DNA from: Alloascoidea hylecoeti
Taxonomy: Eukaryota
Assembly: GCA_001600815.1 (NCBI GenBank)
Contig: BCKZ01000005.1
Location: 1,117,794-1,181,793 of the forward strand
Reading direction: 5' to 3'
DNA length: 64,000 bases
Part shown: piece by piece, positions 63,062 to 64,000 of the stretch
Layout of the letters: each line of letters opens with the position of its first letter
Position numbering within the stretch: position 1 is the stretch's first letter
Notes under the pieces: generated by a model
What the model saw: only the letters and a program-made list of their open reading frames with translations
Told to the model about the DNA's origin: nothing
Database searches by the model: none
Made by a program: the position numbers and the translations under genes

Positions 63062-63888
63062 ATTTGCTCGTTCTTAAAAAGAAAAGAAAAAGACATCCTT
63101 AACTTTTTTTACACATCCTTATTCATATTCTTCTACTAAATCTGATTTTGAAATAAGATCTTTTACCTTCCTCATCCTGCTCAAATGACATTATAATTCG
63201 GATCAATAAGACCTTCACAATGTAGTCCAGCTTGTGTATGTATTGTTAGTTTCGAGTCCACTTTCAGTTCCTCTTAATCCTGTTTTTATTGTGGTATATT
63301 CTTTCACTAGCTTTGACTTTGATTGCTGGGCGTTTGTTACATTTTAAACCTAGTGTGGTCTTTATTATCAATATTGTGGATTAAACTTATACTTTCTTTA
63401 AACATGGATTAAAGTAGAAAGAGAAAAACATTCGATATATTAATTGTGTTTTATAAAATTTATCTAAAACAATAACTAAATTATATGTGTTCATTCTTTC
63501 ACCATTATTCTATTGCATTATAAATTTAAAGATGAATAAATGAGGTTCAAATGATCTTTTATGCTATGCATAACAATAAATATATCTTTAAAATTGGGGT
63601 TCAGTCTTCATAATAATCGAGGCCACTAGTTCTTACACAAATGATATAAAAAATGGAAGTGTGAATAAAGATATTCAGGTGATTATAAATATTATCTCTG
63701 TCATTGGCGATTATGTAGCCCACATAAATAGACTTCTACACTATTAAAGTTCAAGGTTGCATTGCATACCATTTAATTGCCTATTATGTACTCCTACTGA
63801 TAGTGTAAATGTTACCCGGAAGTGCCAGCTCAATGCCAACAACATCAATTTAATATTGTTGTCTCCACAAGTTTTCAACCTTCAAAAT

Positions 63889-64000
63889 ATGATTTTTATA
63901 AAAGTTTTAGCGGTTTTATTCCTGTTTGTCTCGAATTTTGCTTCTGCCCAACAGCAGCCACCTCCATCACATGGTGAATTCTATGATAAAACACCTGTTT
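63889..64000 (+). CDS. 5' end of a secreted/ER protein (possibly Mpd1-like PDI), runs off window
   Basis: MIFIKVLAVLFLFVSNFASAQQQPPPSHGEFYDKTPV: a clear signal peptide. Product guess rests only on the FY...P motif. Confidence 0.55.
   Translation, partial: MIFIKVLAVLFLFVSNFASAQQQPPPSHGEFYDKTPV

Noticed and set aside
60216..63888. Hidden gene in the 3.7-kb region upstream of the GATA factor
   Set aside because: No ORF or spliceable exon set recognised; consistent with a long regulatory region plus decayed AT-rich DNA.

Overview
AT-rich nuclear DNA of an intron-rich ascomycete yeast. Early-diverging Saccharomycotina is inferred from S. cerevisiae-like gene pairs (TOS4-RPL37, ERJ5-KEG1, RPS31-PUS5), about 22 short introns with relaxed splice signals, and a retained SPF30. 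There are about 23 protein genes: ubiquitin (partial), epsin/ENT, RIM4-like, SDR, TOS4, RPL37, CDS1, RPS2, PHO4, SPF30, an RGS protein, PNGase A-like, a CBM1-Ser/Thr protein, HOS3, ERJ5, KEG1, SEC15, INA17, ATC1-like, RPS31, PUS5, a GATA factor and a partial secreted protein. The window also has one tRNA-Pro(UGG) and a probable large H/ACA RNA. Between the genes lies much debris: Tc1/mariner transposase relics, MITE-like ends, a yapsin pseudogene, two paralogous F-box/WD40 pseudogenes, and two near-identical poly(A)-tailed segments that converge as a ~315-bp inverted repeat 60 bp upstream of the tRNA. The most interesting candidates are (1) a non-catalytic cellulose-binding surface protein with a Mucorales-type CBM1 and a frameshift-hidden GPI tail, next to a foreign-looking F-box/WD40 relic (possible horizontal-transfer island), and (2) a possibly tRNA-targeted non-LTR retrotransposon family. 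All identifications come from manual translation and recalled motifs; no database searches were run.
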